Assembly (NCBI GenBank): GCA_030390025.1
Contig: CM059432.1
Span: 71,488,001-71,548,000 of the forward strand
Direction of reading: 5' to 3'
Length of the DNA: 60,000 nucleotides
Origin: Squalus acanthias
Lineage: Eukaryota
Shown here: positions 11,162 to 23,759 of the stretch, piece by piece
Position numbering within the stretch: position 1 is the stretch's first letter
How the letters are laid out: each line of letters begins with the position of its first letter
The notes under the pieces: generated by a model
What the model was told of the DNA's origin: nothing
Databases searched by the model: none
What the model saw: only the letters and a program-made list of their open reading frames with translations
Translations under genes and position numbers: made by a program

Positions 11162-11734
11162 AATGTCACTGGACTATTCAATTATTGTTGGGATTATTGG
11201 CTAAATGACAGATGAGCCTGGAAAGCAAACACGCCAATTAGGGCTGGATTTTAACCTGGTGACGTGCTGGGAGCAGGAGGGGGAGGGGTCTGGTAGCAAG
11301 CGGTAAACCCGGAAGTAAGTACCGTGCATCTGCCAGTGGCTTTTAACCCAGCCACTGCATTACCACATCATTTCCGGGTTTCCTGACTAATTAGAGTAAG
11401 AAGGAGTTGGCAGAATGGAGTCCAGACGTTCAAAAGCTGTGCCTCATTTTTGTGCATTTTGGTGATGCCTGTATGTACTGCTGGGGCCTGTAAGGACCCG
11501 CAGGGAGATCAACTTGCCTACTGTAATAGAGCCACTTGGTGCACTACTGATGTATATAATAATAAAGCCATATGCAGTACAGTTCTTACCAGAAACCTGT
11601 TGTGCTGTTGTATATATATGCTGTGTCTCAAGATATCACAGAATTGGTGATAAGGGTGCGATTGCAGATTCACTAGCTGAAATTTTGTTGGAGGATAATC
11701 CTGACAACTGAAGGAGGAACTGTTAGAGGTTCTT

Positions 11735-14700
11735 TTTTTAAAATCCGTTTGTGGGATGTGGGCATCGCTGGCAAGGCCAGCATTTATTCCCCATCCCTAA
11801 TTGTCCTTGAGAAGGTGGTGGTGAACCGCCTTGAACCGCTGCAGTCTGTGAGGTGAAGGTACTCCCACAGTGCTATTAGGGAGGGAATTCCAGTATTTTG
11901 ACCCAGCGACGCTGAAGGATCGGCGATATACTTCAAAGTCAGGATGGTGATTGACTTGGAGGGGAACTTGGAGGTGGTGGTGTTCCCATGCACCTGCTGC
12001 CCTTGTCCTTCTAGGTGGAAGAGCTCACGGGTTTGGGAGGTGCTGCCGAAGAAGCCTTGGCAAGTTGCTGCAGTGCATCTTGTAGATGGTACACACTGCA
12101 GCCACGGTACGCCGGTGGTGGAGAGAGTGAATGTTTATGGTGGTGGATGGGGTGCCAATCAAGCGGGCTGCTTTGTCGTTATGCTGTCGAGCTTCTTGAG
12201 TGTTGTTGGAGCTGCACTCATCCAGGTAAGTGGAGAGTATTCCATCACACTCCTTACTTATACCTTGTAGATAGTGGAAAGGCTTTGGGGAGTCAGGAGG
12301 CAAGACACTCGCCGCAGAATACCCAGCCTCTGACCTGCTCTTGTTGCCACAGTATATATGTTGATGGTGGGGGATTTGGCGATGGTAATGCCGTTGAATG
12401 TCAAGGGGCGGTGGTTAGACTCTCGGTTGTTGGAGATAGTCATTGCCTGGCACTTCTGTGGCGCGAATGTTACCTGCCACTTATCAGCCCAAGCCTGAAT
12501 GTCATCCAGGTCTTGTTGCATGCGGGCATGGACTGCTTCATTATCTGAGGAGTTGTGAATGGTGCTGAACACTGTGCAGTCATCAGCAAACATTTCCACT
12601 TTTGGCCTTATATTGGAGGGAAGGTCATTGGTGAAGCAGCTGAAGATGGTTGGGCCTAGGACACTGCCCTGAGGAACTCCTGCAGCGATGTCTTGGGGCT
12701 GTGATGATTGACCGTCAACCACCACAACCATCTTCCTTTGTGCTAGGTATGACTCCAGCCAGTGGAGAGTTTTCCCCCCAATTCCCATTGACTTCAGTTT
12801 TACTAGGGCTCCTTGATGCCACACTCTGTCAAATGCTGCCTTGATGTCAAGGGCATTCACTCTCACCTCACCTCTGGAATTCAGCTCCTTTGTCCATGTT
12901 TGGACCAAGGCTGTAATGAGGTCTGGAGCCGAGTGGTCTTGGCGGGACCCAAACTGGGCATCAGTGAGCAGGTTTTTGGTGAGTAAGTGCCGCTTGGTAG
13001 CACTGTCGATGACTCCTTCCATCATTTTGCTGATGATTGAGAGTAGACTGATGGGGCGGTAATTGGCCGGGTTGGATTTGTCCTGCTTTTTGTGGACAGG
13101 ACATACCTAGGCAGTTTTCCACATTGTTGGATAGATGCTAGTGTTGTAGCTGTACTGGAACAGCTTGGCTAGAGGCGCGGCTAGTTCTGGAGCACAAGTC
13201 TTCAGCACAATAGCCGGGACCCATAGTCTTTGCTGTATCCAGTGCGCTCAGCCGTTTCTTGATATCACGTGGAGTGAATCGAATTGGCTGAAGACTGGCT
13301 TCTGTGATGGTGGGGACCTCAGGAGTAGCCCGATATGGATCATCCACTCGGCACTTCTGTCTGAAGATGGTTGCAAACGCTTCAGCTTTGTCTTTTGCAC
13401 TCACGTGCTGGGCTCCACCATCATTGAGGATGGGGATATTCATGGAGCCTTCTCCTCCCGTTAGTTGTTTCATGGTCCACCACCATTCACGACTGGATGT
13501 GGCAGGACTGCAGAGTTTTGATCTGATCCGTTGATTGTGGCATCGCTTAGCCCTGTCTATAGCATGCTGCTTCCGCTTTTTAGTATGCATGTAGTTCTGT
13601 GTTGCAGCTTCCCCAGGTTGGCACCTCATTTTTAGGTACGCCTGGTGCTGCTCCTGGCATGCTCTTCTACACTCGTTGTTGAACCAGGGTTGGTCCCCTG
13701 GCTTGATGGTAATGATATAGTAAGGGATATGCCGGGTCATGAGGTAACAGATTGTGGTGGAATACAATTCTGTTGCTGCTGATGGCCAACAGCGCCTCAT
13801 GGATGCCCAATTTTGAGCTGCTAGATCTGTTCTGAATCTATCCCATTTAGCGCAGTTGTAGTGCCACACAACCCGATGGAGGGTGTCCTCAGTGTGAAGA
13901 CGGGACTTCGTCTCCACAATGACTGTGCGGTGGTCACTGCTACCAATACTGTCATGGACAGATGCATCTGTGATAGGTAGATTGGTGAGGACGAGGTCAA
14001 GTAGGTTTTTCCATCGTGTTAGTTCTCTCACCACCTGTCGCAGGCGCACACTGGCAGTTATGTCCTTCAAGACTCGGCCAGTAGTGGTGCTACTGAGCCA
14101 CACTTGGTGATGGACAATGAAGTCCCCCACCCAGAGTACATTCTGCGCCCTTGCTACTCTCAGTGCTTCTTCCAAATGGTGTTCAACAAGAAGGAGTAAC
14201 GATTCAACAGCTAAGGGAGGGCGGTAGGTGGTAATCAGCAGGAGGTTTCCTTGCCCATGCTTGACCTGAAGCCATGAGACTTCATGGGGTCCAGAGTCAA
14301 TGTTGTGGACTCCCAGGGCCACTCCTTCCCGACTGTATACCACTGTGCCACCACCCCTGGTGGGTCTGTCCTGCCGGTGGGATAGGACATACCCAGCGAT
14401 GGTGATGAGGAGTTTGGGACATTGGCTGAAAGGTATGATTCTGTGAGTATGACTATGTCAGGCTGTTGCTTGACTAGTCTGTGGGACAGCTCTCCCAGTT
14501 TTGGCACAAGTCCCCAGATGTTGGTGAGGAGGACTTTGCAGGGTTGACTGGGCTGGGTGTGCCGTTGCCATGGCCGTAGCCGGTGCCGAGGTCGCATGGT
14601 CCGTCCGGTTTCATTCTTATTATTGTGTTTCGTAGCAGTTTGTTACAACTGCGTGGCTTGCTAGGCCATTTCAGAGGGCAGTTAAGAGTTAACCACATTG

Positions 14701-14963
14701 CTGTCGGTCTGGTGTCTCATATAGGCCAGGTAAGGACGGCAGATTTCCTTCCCTAAAGGACATTAATGAACCAGATGGGTTTTTACAACAATCCGATAGT
14801 TTCATCATGACCATTACTGATACTCATAATTATTCCAGATTTATTTAATTAACTGAATTTAAATTCCCCAGCTGCCATGGTGGGATTTGAACACACGTCT
14901 CTGGATCATTCGTCCAGTCCTCTGGATTACTAGCCCAGTGACATTACCACTACGCTACCGTGC
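11735..14963 (-). mobile_element. Apparently full-length compact CR1-group LINE with a tRNA-derived head and one APE+RT ORF (frameshifted)
   Basis: ORF pieces [57 protein letters not shown] boxes at the 5' end, A-rich tail, possible short TSD TCTT. Confidence 0.88.
14883..14963 (-). promoter_or_regulatory. tRNA-derived Pol III internal promoter (A and B boxes)
   Basis: Minus strand GGTAGCGTAGTGG (14959-14947) and GTTCAAATCC (14892-14883). Confidence 0.75.
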
Positions 14964-15045
14964 TCTTCGTTTTGCAGAAAAACTTAAAAATCCGAGGTAA
15001 ATTTCGCGCACATGTGGCTGAAGTGTCGACGTTGCCAGAGTCCAG

Positions 15046-15268
15046 ATGGCCACGCCTATGGAATAATAGAGCGCTTGGGTGAGTTTCATCGTGACTGAGA
15101 GACTTTCGGAGCATATGTGGAGTGGCTAGAAATGTTTTTCACCGCGAGTAATATTGTCGAAGTCCCCGATGATGTAAACCGTAACTGGACGGTTTTAGAA
15201 ATGAAACGGGCTATTTTTTTGACTAATGCAGGCCCCGAGGTGTATGAAACCCTGAAAAATTTGCTGTA
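15046..15268 (+). pseudogene. Gypsy gag N-terminus (truncated)
   Basis: MATPMGIIERLGEF..AYVEWLEMFF...KRAIFLTNAGPEVYETLKNLL, typical of K02A2.6-like gag. Confidence 0.75.
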
Positions 15269-15269
15269 A

Positions 15270-15810
15270 AATATCTACGCATTTACCTGGTGGCCCGGGA
15301 GATACGGAGGCTTGTAATCCTGGGCCTCTCTGGGTACACGCGGGCAGAGGTCAACATATCCCAGGGCGCATGCGGTTCGCAAGTGCCCCTGGGATCACAT
15401 GGGTTGGCTCAACCAATAAAAGAAGGGAATCCCCATTCATACTTATGGGAGTTCTGTACGTACAGAACTTCCATAAGTATGAATGGGGATCACTTAAAAA
15501 TACACGAACACATGAAATAATTTTTTTTTAAATTACATATTTAAAATTAATTAAAATGCCGTTTATTTAAATATTTTAAACAGGCGTAAGAATTTCACGG
15601 GCATTCAGCGGGCAGAAGTTGGGCAAATAGCACAACTCTGCACCCGCAGAGGACCTTCACCCGGGGATGCGGAAGATCTGTCAAGATTGACATATCGCAA
15701 GTTCCAGGTTTTAGCGCATGCACTTCGCATGCCTAAACCCGGAACTTGCACGGCCCCTATGGGCGCATGCGCACCTCATATGCACCCGTAGGGTCACAAA
15801 ATATGGCCCA
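15270..15810 (-). mobile_element. Partial MITE, same family as the Penelope host at 38893-42266
   Basis: Reverse-complement similarity to 38893-39387 and 42051-42200. Ends AAATATGGCCC. Confidence 0.8.
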
Positions 15811-15844
15811 ATATCTCTAAGGTAGGTCTGAGTAATTGGGCTAC

Positions 15845-16300
15845 ACCCATTGTTGTTGGGGAGTCCGTGTTCCATGTTTATACGGAATGTGAGAGGTTGC
15901 AGCCCCTCTTCCATTATTTTCAGGGGCTGCTCCTCGATTTTTGGCTGCACTTCAGTCCCACGCTCCTGATCTTATGTTCTTATGTTCTTATCTTTGGTCA
16001 CCTGGTGCGGAGGGGAGCTGGCAGATCAGGGGACCTCCTCGTGGGACTGCTCCTGGGCCTGGCCAAAGTGGCCATCAACTGGTCCAGGCAGCAGGCGGTC
16101 GAGGAGGATGTTCGGTCCGATTGCCTGCCTCTCTTCCATGGCCACGCTCGCGCCCAGGCGGCCCTGGAGATGGAGCACGCGGTGTCCTCCAGCACGCACA
16201 AGGCCTTCCGCGACCGGTGGGCACCGCAGGGACTGGAGTGCATCATCACCCCAGCCAACCAAATTTCAATTTAATTTGTTAAGTTTCATTTAATGTTTTA
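15845..16300 (+). mobile_element. Tx1/L1-clade LINE 3' fragment
   Basis: ESVFHVYTECERLQPLF...LLLGLAKVAI...AFRDRW (ORF2 C-terminal Zn-knuckle region). A related fragment lies at ~32428-32553. Confidence 0.75.
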
Positions 16301-16339
16301 AAAGTTACAGTCCATTTGTTTACGGGTTGCATCAAAAGA

Positions 16340-18890
16340 GTACACCCATTGTTGTTGTACCTAAGTCAGATGGTAAGGTAAGGTTGTGTGGTGATTATAA
16401 GGTAACCGTAAACCAGGTTCTAGAGTGTAATCTACCCAATACATTGCCAAATGTGGAAGATTTGTTCACAACGCTGACAGGTGGCCAGATCTTTTTGAAG
16501 TTAGATCTAACAAACGCCTACCTACAACTTGAGTTAGATGAAGAGTCCAAGTCATGCTTGACTATAAATACTCACCGAGGCCTATATCAGTTCAATAGGC
16601 TACCATTTGGAGTGTCTTCTGCCCCAGACATACTCCAGGGGGTGATGAACCAAATTTTGCAAGGGATTAAAGGGGTAGTGTGTTATTTAGATGACATACT
16701 CATTTCATAACCAAACAGGCAAATCCATGATGGGGTGTTGAATGAAGTGCTCAAACAGCTAGAGAAGCACAGAGTATGAGTGACAGCTCACAAGTGTGAG
16801 TTGTTTCAAAACTCAGTGGAGCACTTAGGGCACAGAGTATACAATGATGGTTTACATCCAACCAAGGGAAAGCTGGATGCAATCAGAAATGCACCCACTC
16901 CCAAGAATGTCTCTGAACTGCGATCATTTTTGGGTCTTTTGAATTATTATGGAACTTGGCTACATTGTTACAGCCACTGAATGAGCTGTTGAGAAAACAG
17001 ATCCCTTGGAAGTGGTCAAAAGAATGCGACACAGCATTCAAAGAGTGTAAAAGCCAGTTGGTAGAGAGTACCATGTTAGTTCACTACGATGTATCTAAGG
17101 AGATCAAGCTAGCATGTGACGCCTCTCCGTACGGAGTTGGGGCAGTGATCTCTCATGTACTAGATAGTGGGGAGGAGAGATCAATTGCTTTTGCTTCATG
17201 CACTCTCAGTGCCAGTGAGCGGAATTATGCACAGATCGAAAGAGAAGCTTTGTCATTGATTTTTGGGGTCAAGAAGTTTCACAAATACTTGTTTGGTCGT
17301 AAGTTTACCATAGTTACTGACCATAAGCCCCTGAAAGCAATCTTCCATTCAAAGTCCCCAGTTCCAACATTAGCTGCAGCCCGAAGGCAAAGATGGGCTT
17401 TGATTTTGTCAGCGTATACGTATGACATTGAGTGCAGACAATCAGCTGACCACAGTCATGCTGATGCTATGTCCAGGTTGCCATCCCCATCACAAGTTAC
17501 ACCCAATAAGGAAGAAGAGTTCTATTTCTCATACATTGATGAGCTGCCAGTCACAGCTGAAGAGATTGGTAGGGCAACCAAACGTGACCCAATTATGTCA
17601 AAGGTGTATGATTACTTTGCAAAAGAATGGCCAAACCAGGTATCAGAGGAAGAGATCCATCCATACTTCATTCGTAGGAATGAATTGTCAGTGGATAAAG
17701 ATTGTATCATGTGGGGAGCAAGAGTGGTTATCCCAAATAGGTTCAGGTCTAAATTGTTAGGAGATCTTCATGACCAGCACTTGGGAATGTGCTTGACCAA
17801 GAGCTTTGCACGCAGTTACTTATGGTGGCCAAGTTTAGATAAAGAGATAGAGTACATAGTCAGTCAGTGTACAACATGCCAATCGGTGAGCAAGAAACCA
17901 CCATTATTACCATTACAGCCATGGAAATGGCCTCCCAGAGTGTGGCAAAGGTTACATGTAGATTTTGCTGAGTTAGAAGGACAGCAATTGTTCATAGTGA
18001 TAGTCATTCCAAGTGGGTAGAGGTGTTTCCGATGCGGATAATAACAACAAGCAAAACACTAGACAATTTGCGAAGATTGTTTTCTTCATATGGCCTCCCA
18101 GAAGAAATTGTGTCTGATAATGGGCCACAATTTTGTTCAGAAGAGTTTACAAAGTTCATGAGCAGAAAAGGTGTGAAACTTTCCAAAGTTCCACCATACC
18201 ACCCTGCTTCAAATGGTGCAGCAGAGTGCACAGTGCAAATTGTCAAACGTGCCCTCATCAAGCAAATGTTGGATCCAAATCCAAAGAAACGCCTGTTGTC
18301 ATTGGACCACAAACTGGCAAATTTTCTGATTACCTATCGGAATACTCCTCAAACCAGCAGAGTTGTTTCTCAAATGACAGCCACGAACCAGGTTCTTGTT
18401 GTTAAAGCCAAACTTGGCAGAGTCCGTAGAAGAAAAACAATCAAGGCAGAAAGAGAGTCATGATAAAGGTAGAGTTAGAGAGAGAAGTGTGAAGTTGAAC
18501 CAGAAGGTTAGAGTGAAGAACCATCACCATAAATGGTTAAAGTGGTTACCAGGAAGAGTAGTGAAGATATGTGGCCCTCGCACATATTTGTTCAAGATGT
18601 TTGATCATGGAAAGGTTAGGTTTGTTCACATTGATCATATCTTACCTACAGATGTGCTAGGAGTTAAAAGCTGGGATGATTTAATTTATTCTGATGAGTC
18701 AGATAGTCATGTTACAAGTAGAGTACCAGTAGCAAATCCTACATCAGATGTACCAGAAACAAGTCCAAGACAAAGTCAGAATTTAAGTCTGAGCCCGAGT
18801 CAGGCAGATAAACAGTCTGAAAGTGTAGCGAGTCCAAATGTAGATCAAGGTCAGCCCTTGGAGAAAAATTCACCCGCAGGCTCAGCCTAG
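16340..18890 (+). pseudogene. Gypsy pol (RT, RNase H, integrase), frameshifted
   Basis: PIVVVPK..RLCGDYK, RLPFGV, YLDDILI, LACDASPYGVG, TDHKPL, H..H...C..C, IVSDNGPQF, PYHPASNGAAE. Confidence 0.95.
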
Positions 18891-21786
18891 AATGAGTCAA
18901 AGTCCGACAACAAGATCTGAAAGTTCTGTTGAAGAAAGAAGGTAACCTCTTCAAAGCAGAAAACCAGTGGTTAAGTTTAATCTGTAAAAATGGAAAATAA
19001 GTTCATATCTTTTATTTGTGTTACAGAATTCTATAGTAGAATTTGGAAACATAAAATGGGTTCCATTTGAGAAATGTATACCAAGAGTTGTATATACCAT
19101 GCAAGTCATGCACAATGATTATTTGCTATGATTAACTTATTCAATAAGGAGGGAGAAGTGTAATAGAGCCATCTGGTGGACTACTGATGTATATAATAAA
19201 GCCATGTACAGTACAGTTCTTACTGGAAGTCATGTTGTGCTGTTGTATATATATGCTATGTCTCAAGATATCATACCTACTGATGGGAGGAAGAAGCCTG
19301 CAGGTGTGGCTGGAGGGTGCCCATGAGGTTGGCAGAAGGAGCATGGTGCCACACTTGTGGATTCAATGCCAAAAGTGATTTAATGACCTAAGCAGGGCTG
19401 GAAAGGTGCGTACAGTGGCACATTCAACTATATCCTGATGTGCGTATCACCCCAACCCCCTCACTCTGCCTTCTCAAGCCTACTCCACACATCAATCTTC
19501 ACATCAACTCAGCCATCCCTCTCTGTCTATGCATTTCCACACATCTTCATCTGCCCATCCATCACTGACACTCACCCTCATCCTTATGCAATGCCATGCC
19601 TCTCTCCCATAGTCACCCTCAACAAATGCTCCCCATCCATCTGTTCAACACATGCCATTACTCTCACTTATAGGTCTCTTCTTTCCCTCCATGCAAGAGA
19701 AGAAAGTGCAGAACACGAGGGAGAGGCAGAGAACCAGAGGTGGCCCTCCACCATCTCGCAACTGACAGTTACAGAGGAGGAGGAACTGGACATCAGTGGA
19801 GTCTTGGCGTGCCTGACCATCAGAGACAGGGAGATGGTGGCCTCCCAGCTACCTGGTGACATCATGTTGATTTCAGCAGTGAGTGAAATATGATCATGCA
19901 CATAATGATCACTTAAAACATTCTTACATTTGGCAGTTCTAATTCATGTCTTTAATCTCTCAAGGGTCTTCAAGCGTCCCGCAGGAGGTGGTTCAGGAGA
20001 ATGACAACGATTCCTCAGAGGAGGCTGCTCCCTCGGAGGGTGCACCATCACAGGACACATGCAGACCATGCACTAGCTCAGATATTCACACTTCGTTGGG
20101 ACCGGTAAGGCAGATAGTTGGATTTTAATCTGGTGACTCACATACCATAAGTGAGCAAGAGCAGATGGTGGAGACAGGGACAGCTGTGGAGAGTCCACGT
20201 CGGAGGTTGCAGGACGCTCCAAGCTCTGCTCAGCTGGACGCAGATGCTGTACCTCGGGGGCCGTCGATGAACAGGATACGTCTGGAGCAGCAGCAAAGAA
20301 TGTGCGATGTACTGGCGAGCGTGCCAGCCGCACTGTGCAAGCTTGCAGAGAGATTGGAGGAGTCCGTCTCAAGCATGAGTGGCATGATATCACTGGCCTT
20401 TTTGTTAGCCTAGACAGTGATGGTCCACAGGCTATTTGACCATGGGGAGTATCACAGGTGAGCCTTATCCTCTCATCACCTGGCATCCAAGAATTTTCCA
20501 GTAGGAGTCATTGGATGGCTATCTAAAGTTGGAACTGTGGTAAATACAAATACTGTAATAAATCAATTCATAACAATCTTTATTTATTTTAAATATCTTT
20601 CCATCAGAAACATCTGAGTAAAGTCTAAAAATGTAACAGGAGCACTGGTAGAATTTTCTCTACTCTTGCACAGTTACAGTGTCACCCTGCTGAAATCAGC
20701 TAACTAGGATTGAAGCTAAAGTTTTCCTAATCCATGTGGCTCGGTTCTGAGGAGCTCCAAAGCTATTTTTCATTTGACATTTGTATGACATTTGCCTTTG
20801 AGCCGAGGGCACTTCTGTTGTGCTGTGTTCTTCTGCTGACCACTGGGATGTAATTGTGCGGTGAAATACCAGCATACGTTATTAGTATATTGATACTGTC
20901 CAACAGCCACTGTTGCATTGAGCGCACAGTTTTTTTTTTGACTTGCAGTGATTTCACAATTAAACCTTATGAACATTTTCTTATTTTAGTTTTGACCTGA
21001 AAAACATTTTGTTTGATCGCAGCTGATTTCAAAGTCAAAATAAAAATAAAATCGCCAAAATGAGATTGCCTATTTATGTACTGGGTCAAAGGTATTAACA
21101 AAACACAATAACCCGCTTTACACAAAGTGTATACATTTCAAGTTAGATTTTATTCAGATTCAGCTCAGCAACATTAAAAATGCAGCAGCTTACAGTTAAC
21201 AATATATATGAAATAGGAAGCATTTACAGAACATCTATTAATGATATATATCTCCCAATAAGGTAGTATTTTGCATCCAATATATAAAATGCATATTCTC
21301 TACACTGTGCCCATTAATGAGTGCATAGAATACAGAATAGAATTTTTGGCCCTGGCCTAATCTTACGGTTCAACTACCCCCGCCACATCATACTGTCTAA
21401 AATAAACCCTACTTACAATTGAAAGCTTCTGCCAAGTAAAACATTTTTTGTAAATTTCAGTTGACCATTGCAATTGCACTTTGTGTTACAGTTTTCAGTT
21501 ACTACTGTGGTAAAAATGGTCAAATCTAAAATTGCAAGATCTTATCAAAAAATGGTAGCTTGTATGGTACTTAAAAGGTTATTGCACCAACATGTGCTTT
21601 GTGTGTTTTGTACTGTGTACTGGTCTGAGAGTTTGTGCCTGCACATTTCCTAAGGAACCTCTAATACCTAATGCTTTATATGCATGTTTCTATGACTGTT
21701 AACCCTGTGAGATGAAAGTGTTGACAAGTTTAGTTATTGTAAATGGATTAAAATGGTAAACAGGCAAGTATTTGTCTAAACATATA

Positions 21787-22679
21787 GGGGGGAAAATTCA
21801 GTTGGTTGCGCCTCCCGTTAGCGCCTTAAGAGGGCGCTAATGGGGCGCAAAGCATCTAGCGCCCAGGCGCGGCGAAGTTTGCACCGCTCGCGAAATTAAC
21901 TAGACATTTTGCGGCGGCGCTAAACACTACCGCCACGATCTCCTGCGCCGGCAGATCATGACGTCACTCGAGTGCGCAACGCCCCGGTATCGCCCCGGAG
22001 CGGATATTGAGTGGCGCCCCCTGCCTTACCGCCTGACGCTAGCAACGACAGGTTGAGGGGAGCGTTCTGCAGTCATGAAGGGAAAGGGGGAGCGCTATTT
22101 AAAGGTGACCGCTTCCTGCCTTTTATTGTTGGTGCCATTTTTGAACTACGCATTCTGAGAGAGAGATGGAGAGACTTCTGGAGAGATTCAACGTTGTGTG
22201 AAGGAGTTTTGGGTACTGAGCAGCACTTTGCAGGTTAATTTTGATTTGCCATTCCTTGTATCGATTTAGCAGAGACTGTGGGGGCTGCACTCTGAGCTCT
22301 TTGCCTGGTACTCTCCATTGTTCTTTCCAGCACATTTGATGTGCAGGTCTCTCCAGGCCGAGATTCAAGGCTGCAATGAGCAGGATGTGGATGGAAAGCA
22401 AGATTAACCATCCCCTTTAAGAACTGGCCCGTGCCATTGTGTATGTGTTCCATTGCTGACTGACATTACATGAGCTTCGCCAGCGCTCTGAGGTAGCGCC
22501 TCGCTCCTCGGCCTTTGCGCCTTAAGACAGGTGTGAAGCGCCTGATATAGCGCTGCAATCACCTCCAGGGGCGATAAAAGTCAAGTTTGCAGTCGGTGGC
22601 GATAATTAGCGCCAGGCGCTAATCTTTGCGCCCGGCCGATAATTGCGCTCCAAATGGGGCGATACTGAATTTCTCCCCC
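21787..22679 (+). mobile_element. Non-autonomous Harbinger element (893-bp family, copy 2, divergent arms)
   Basis: TIR GGGGGGAAAATTCAG / CTGAATTTCTCCCCC, TSD ATA. Confidence 0.92.
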
Positions 22680-22733
22680 ATAGATACTCCTTTAACGATA
22701 AAGGTGACATGAATGTTATATACAGATAAATAC

Positions 22734-23759
22734 AGGAGCCCTAGTAAGCCTGAATTCAATGGGGATCGGGGGAAAACGCTCCACTGGCTGGAGTCATACC
22801 TAGTGCAAAGGCAGATTGTTGCAGTCGTTGGATGCCATTCATCTCAGCCCCAGGACATTGCTACAGGAGATCCTCAGGCAGGTACCTAGGCCCAACTGTC
22901 TTCAACTGCTTCATCAATGATCTTCCCTCCATTATAAGGTCAGAAAATGATTGCACAGTGTTCAGCTCCATTTGAAATTCCTCAGATACTGAAGCAGTCT
23001 GTGCCCTCATGCAACAAGACCTGGATAGCATCCAGGCTTGGGCTGATAGGTGGCAAGTAACATTCGTACCACACTAGTGTCAGATAATGGTCATCTCTCA
23101 CAAGAGAGAGTATTCTACCACCCCTTGACATTCAATGGCATTACAATTGCCAAGTCCCCCACTATCGACATCCTGGGGTCACCATTGACCAGAAATTGAA
23201 CTGGACCAGCCACATAAATGCCATGGCTACTAGAGCAGGTCAGAGGCTGGGTATTCTGCGGCAAGTGGCTCTCCTCCTGTCTCCCTTAAGCCTCTCTACC
23301 ACCTACAAGGCACAAGTCAGGAGTGTGATGGAATACTCTCCACTTGCTTGGATGGGTGCAGCTCCAACAACACTCAAGAAACTTGACACTATCCAGGACA
23401 AAGCAGTCCACTTGATCAGCACCCATCCATTGGTTTAAACATCCACTCCCTCCCCCATTGGCGTACCATGACTGCAGTGTGTACTATCTACAGGATCCAT
23501 TGCAGCAACTTGCCAAGGCTTCTTCAGCAGCACCTCCAAAACCTGCAACCTCCACCAGTTATAAGGGCAGCAGGTGCATGGCAATAACATCACCACCAAG
23601 TTCCCCTCCATGTCACACACCATCCTGACTTGGACATATATCGCCATTCCTTCATTGTCGCTGGTTCAAAATCCCTACCTAACAGCATTGTGGGACTAGG
23701 GATGGGCAATAAATGCCGACCTTACCAGCACTTGCACAACCTGAGAATGATAAAAAAAA
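22734..23759 (+). mobile_element. 5'-truncated copy of the 11735-14963 LINE family
   Basis: Collinear with the RT C-terminus (ATRAGQRLGILR, YKAQVRSVMEYSPLAW) and the 3' end GATGGGCAATAAATGC...A-tail. Confidence 0.88.

Larger units (their letters stand above)
11522..19275 (+). mobile_element. Ty3/Gypsy LTR retrotransposon with ~118-bp LTRs (decayed, with nested insertions)
   Basis: LTRs 11522-11640 and 19159-19275, TSD CCTAC (11517-11521, 19276-19280), degenerate PBS TGGTGATAAGG, PPT AAGGAGGGAGAAG, gag start at 15046, pol order RT-RNaseH-IN. Confidence 0.93.
11241..20413 (+). mobile_element. Harbinger remnant carrying the Myb/SANT partner gene, split by the Gypsy insertion
   Basis: TIR-like GGGCTGGATTTT at 11241 and ATG at 11415. 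Joining across TSD CCTAC gives VRTRREINLPTDGRKKP..WLEGAHEVGRRSMVPHLWIQCQK*FNDLSR. Later exons at ~19695-20413. Confidence 0.75.

Noticed and set aside
14870..14963. Functional tRNA gene
   Set aside because: Only the A/B boxes are evident. There is no terminator or clear acceptor stem, and it runs into a retroelement.
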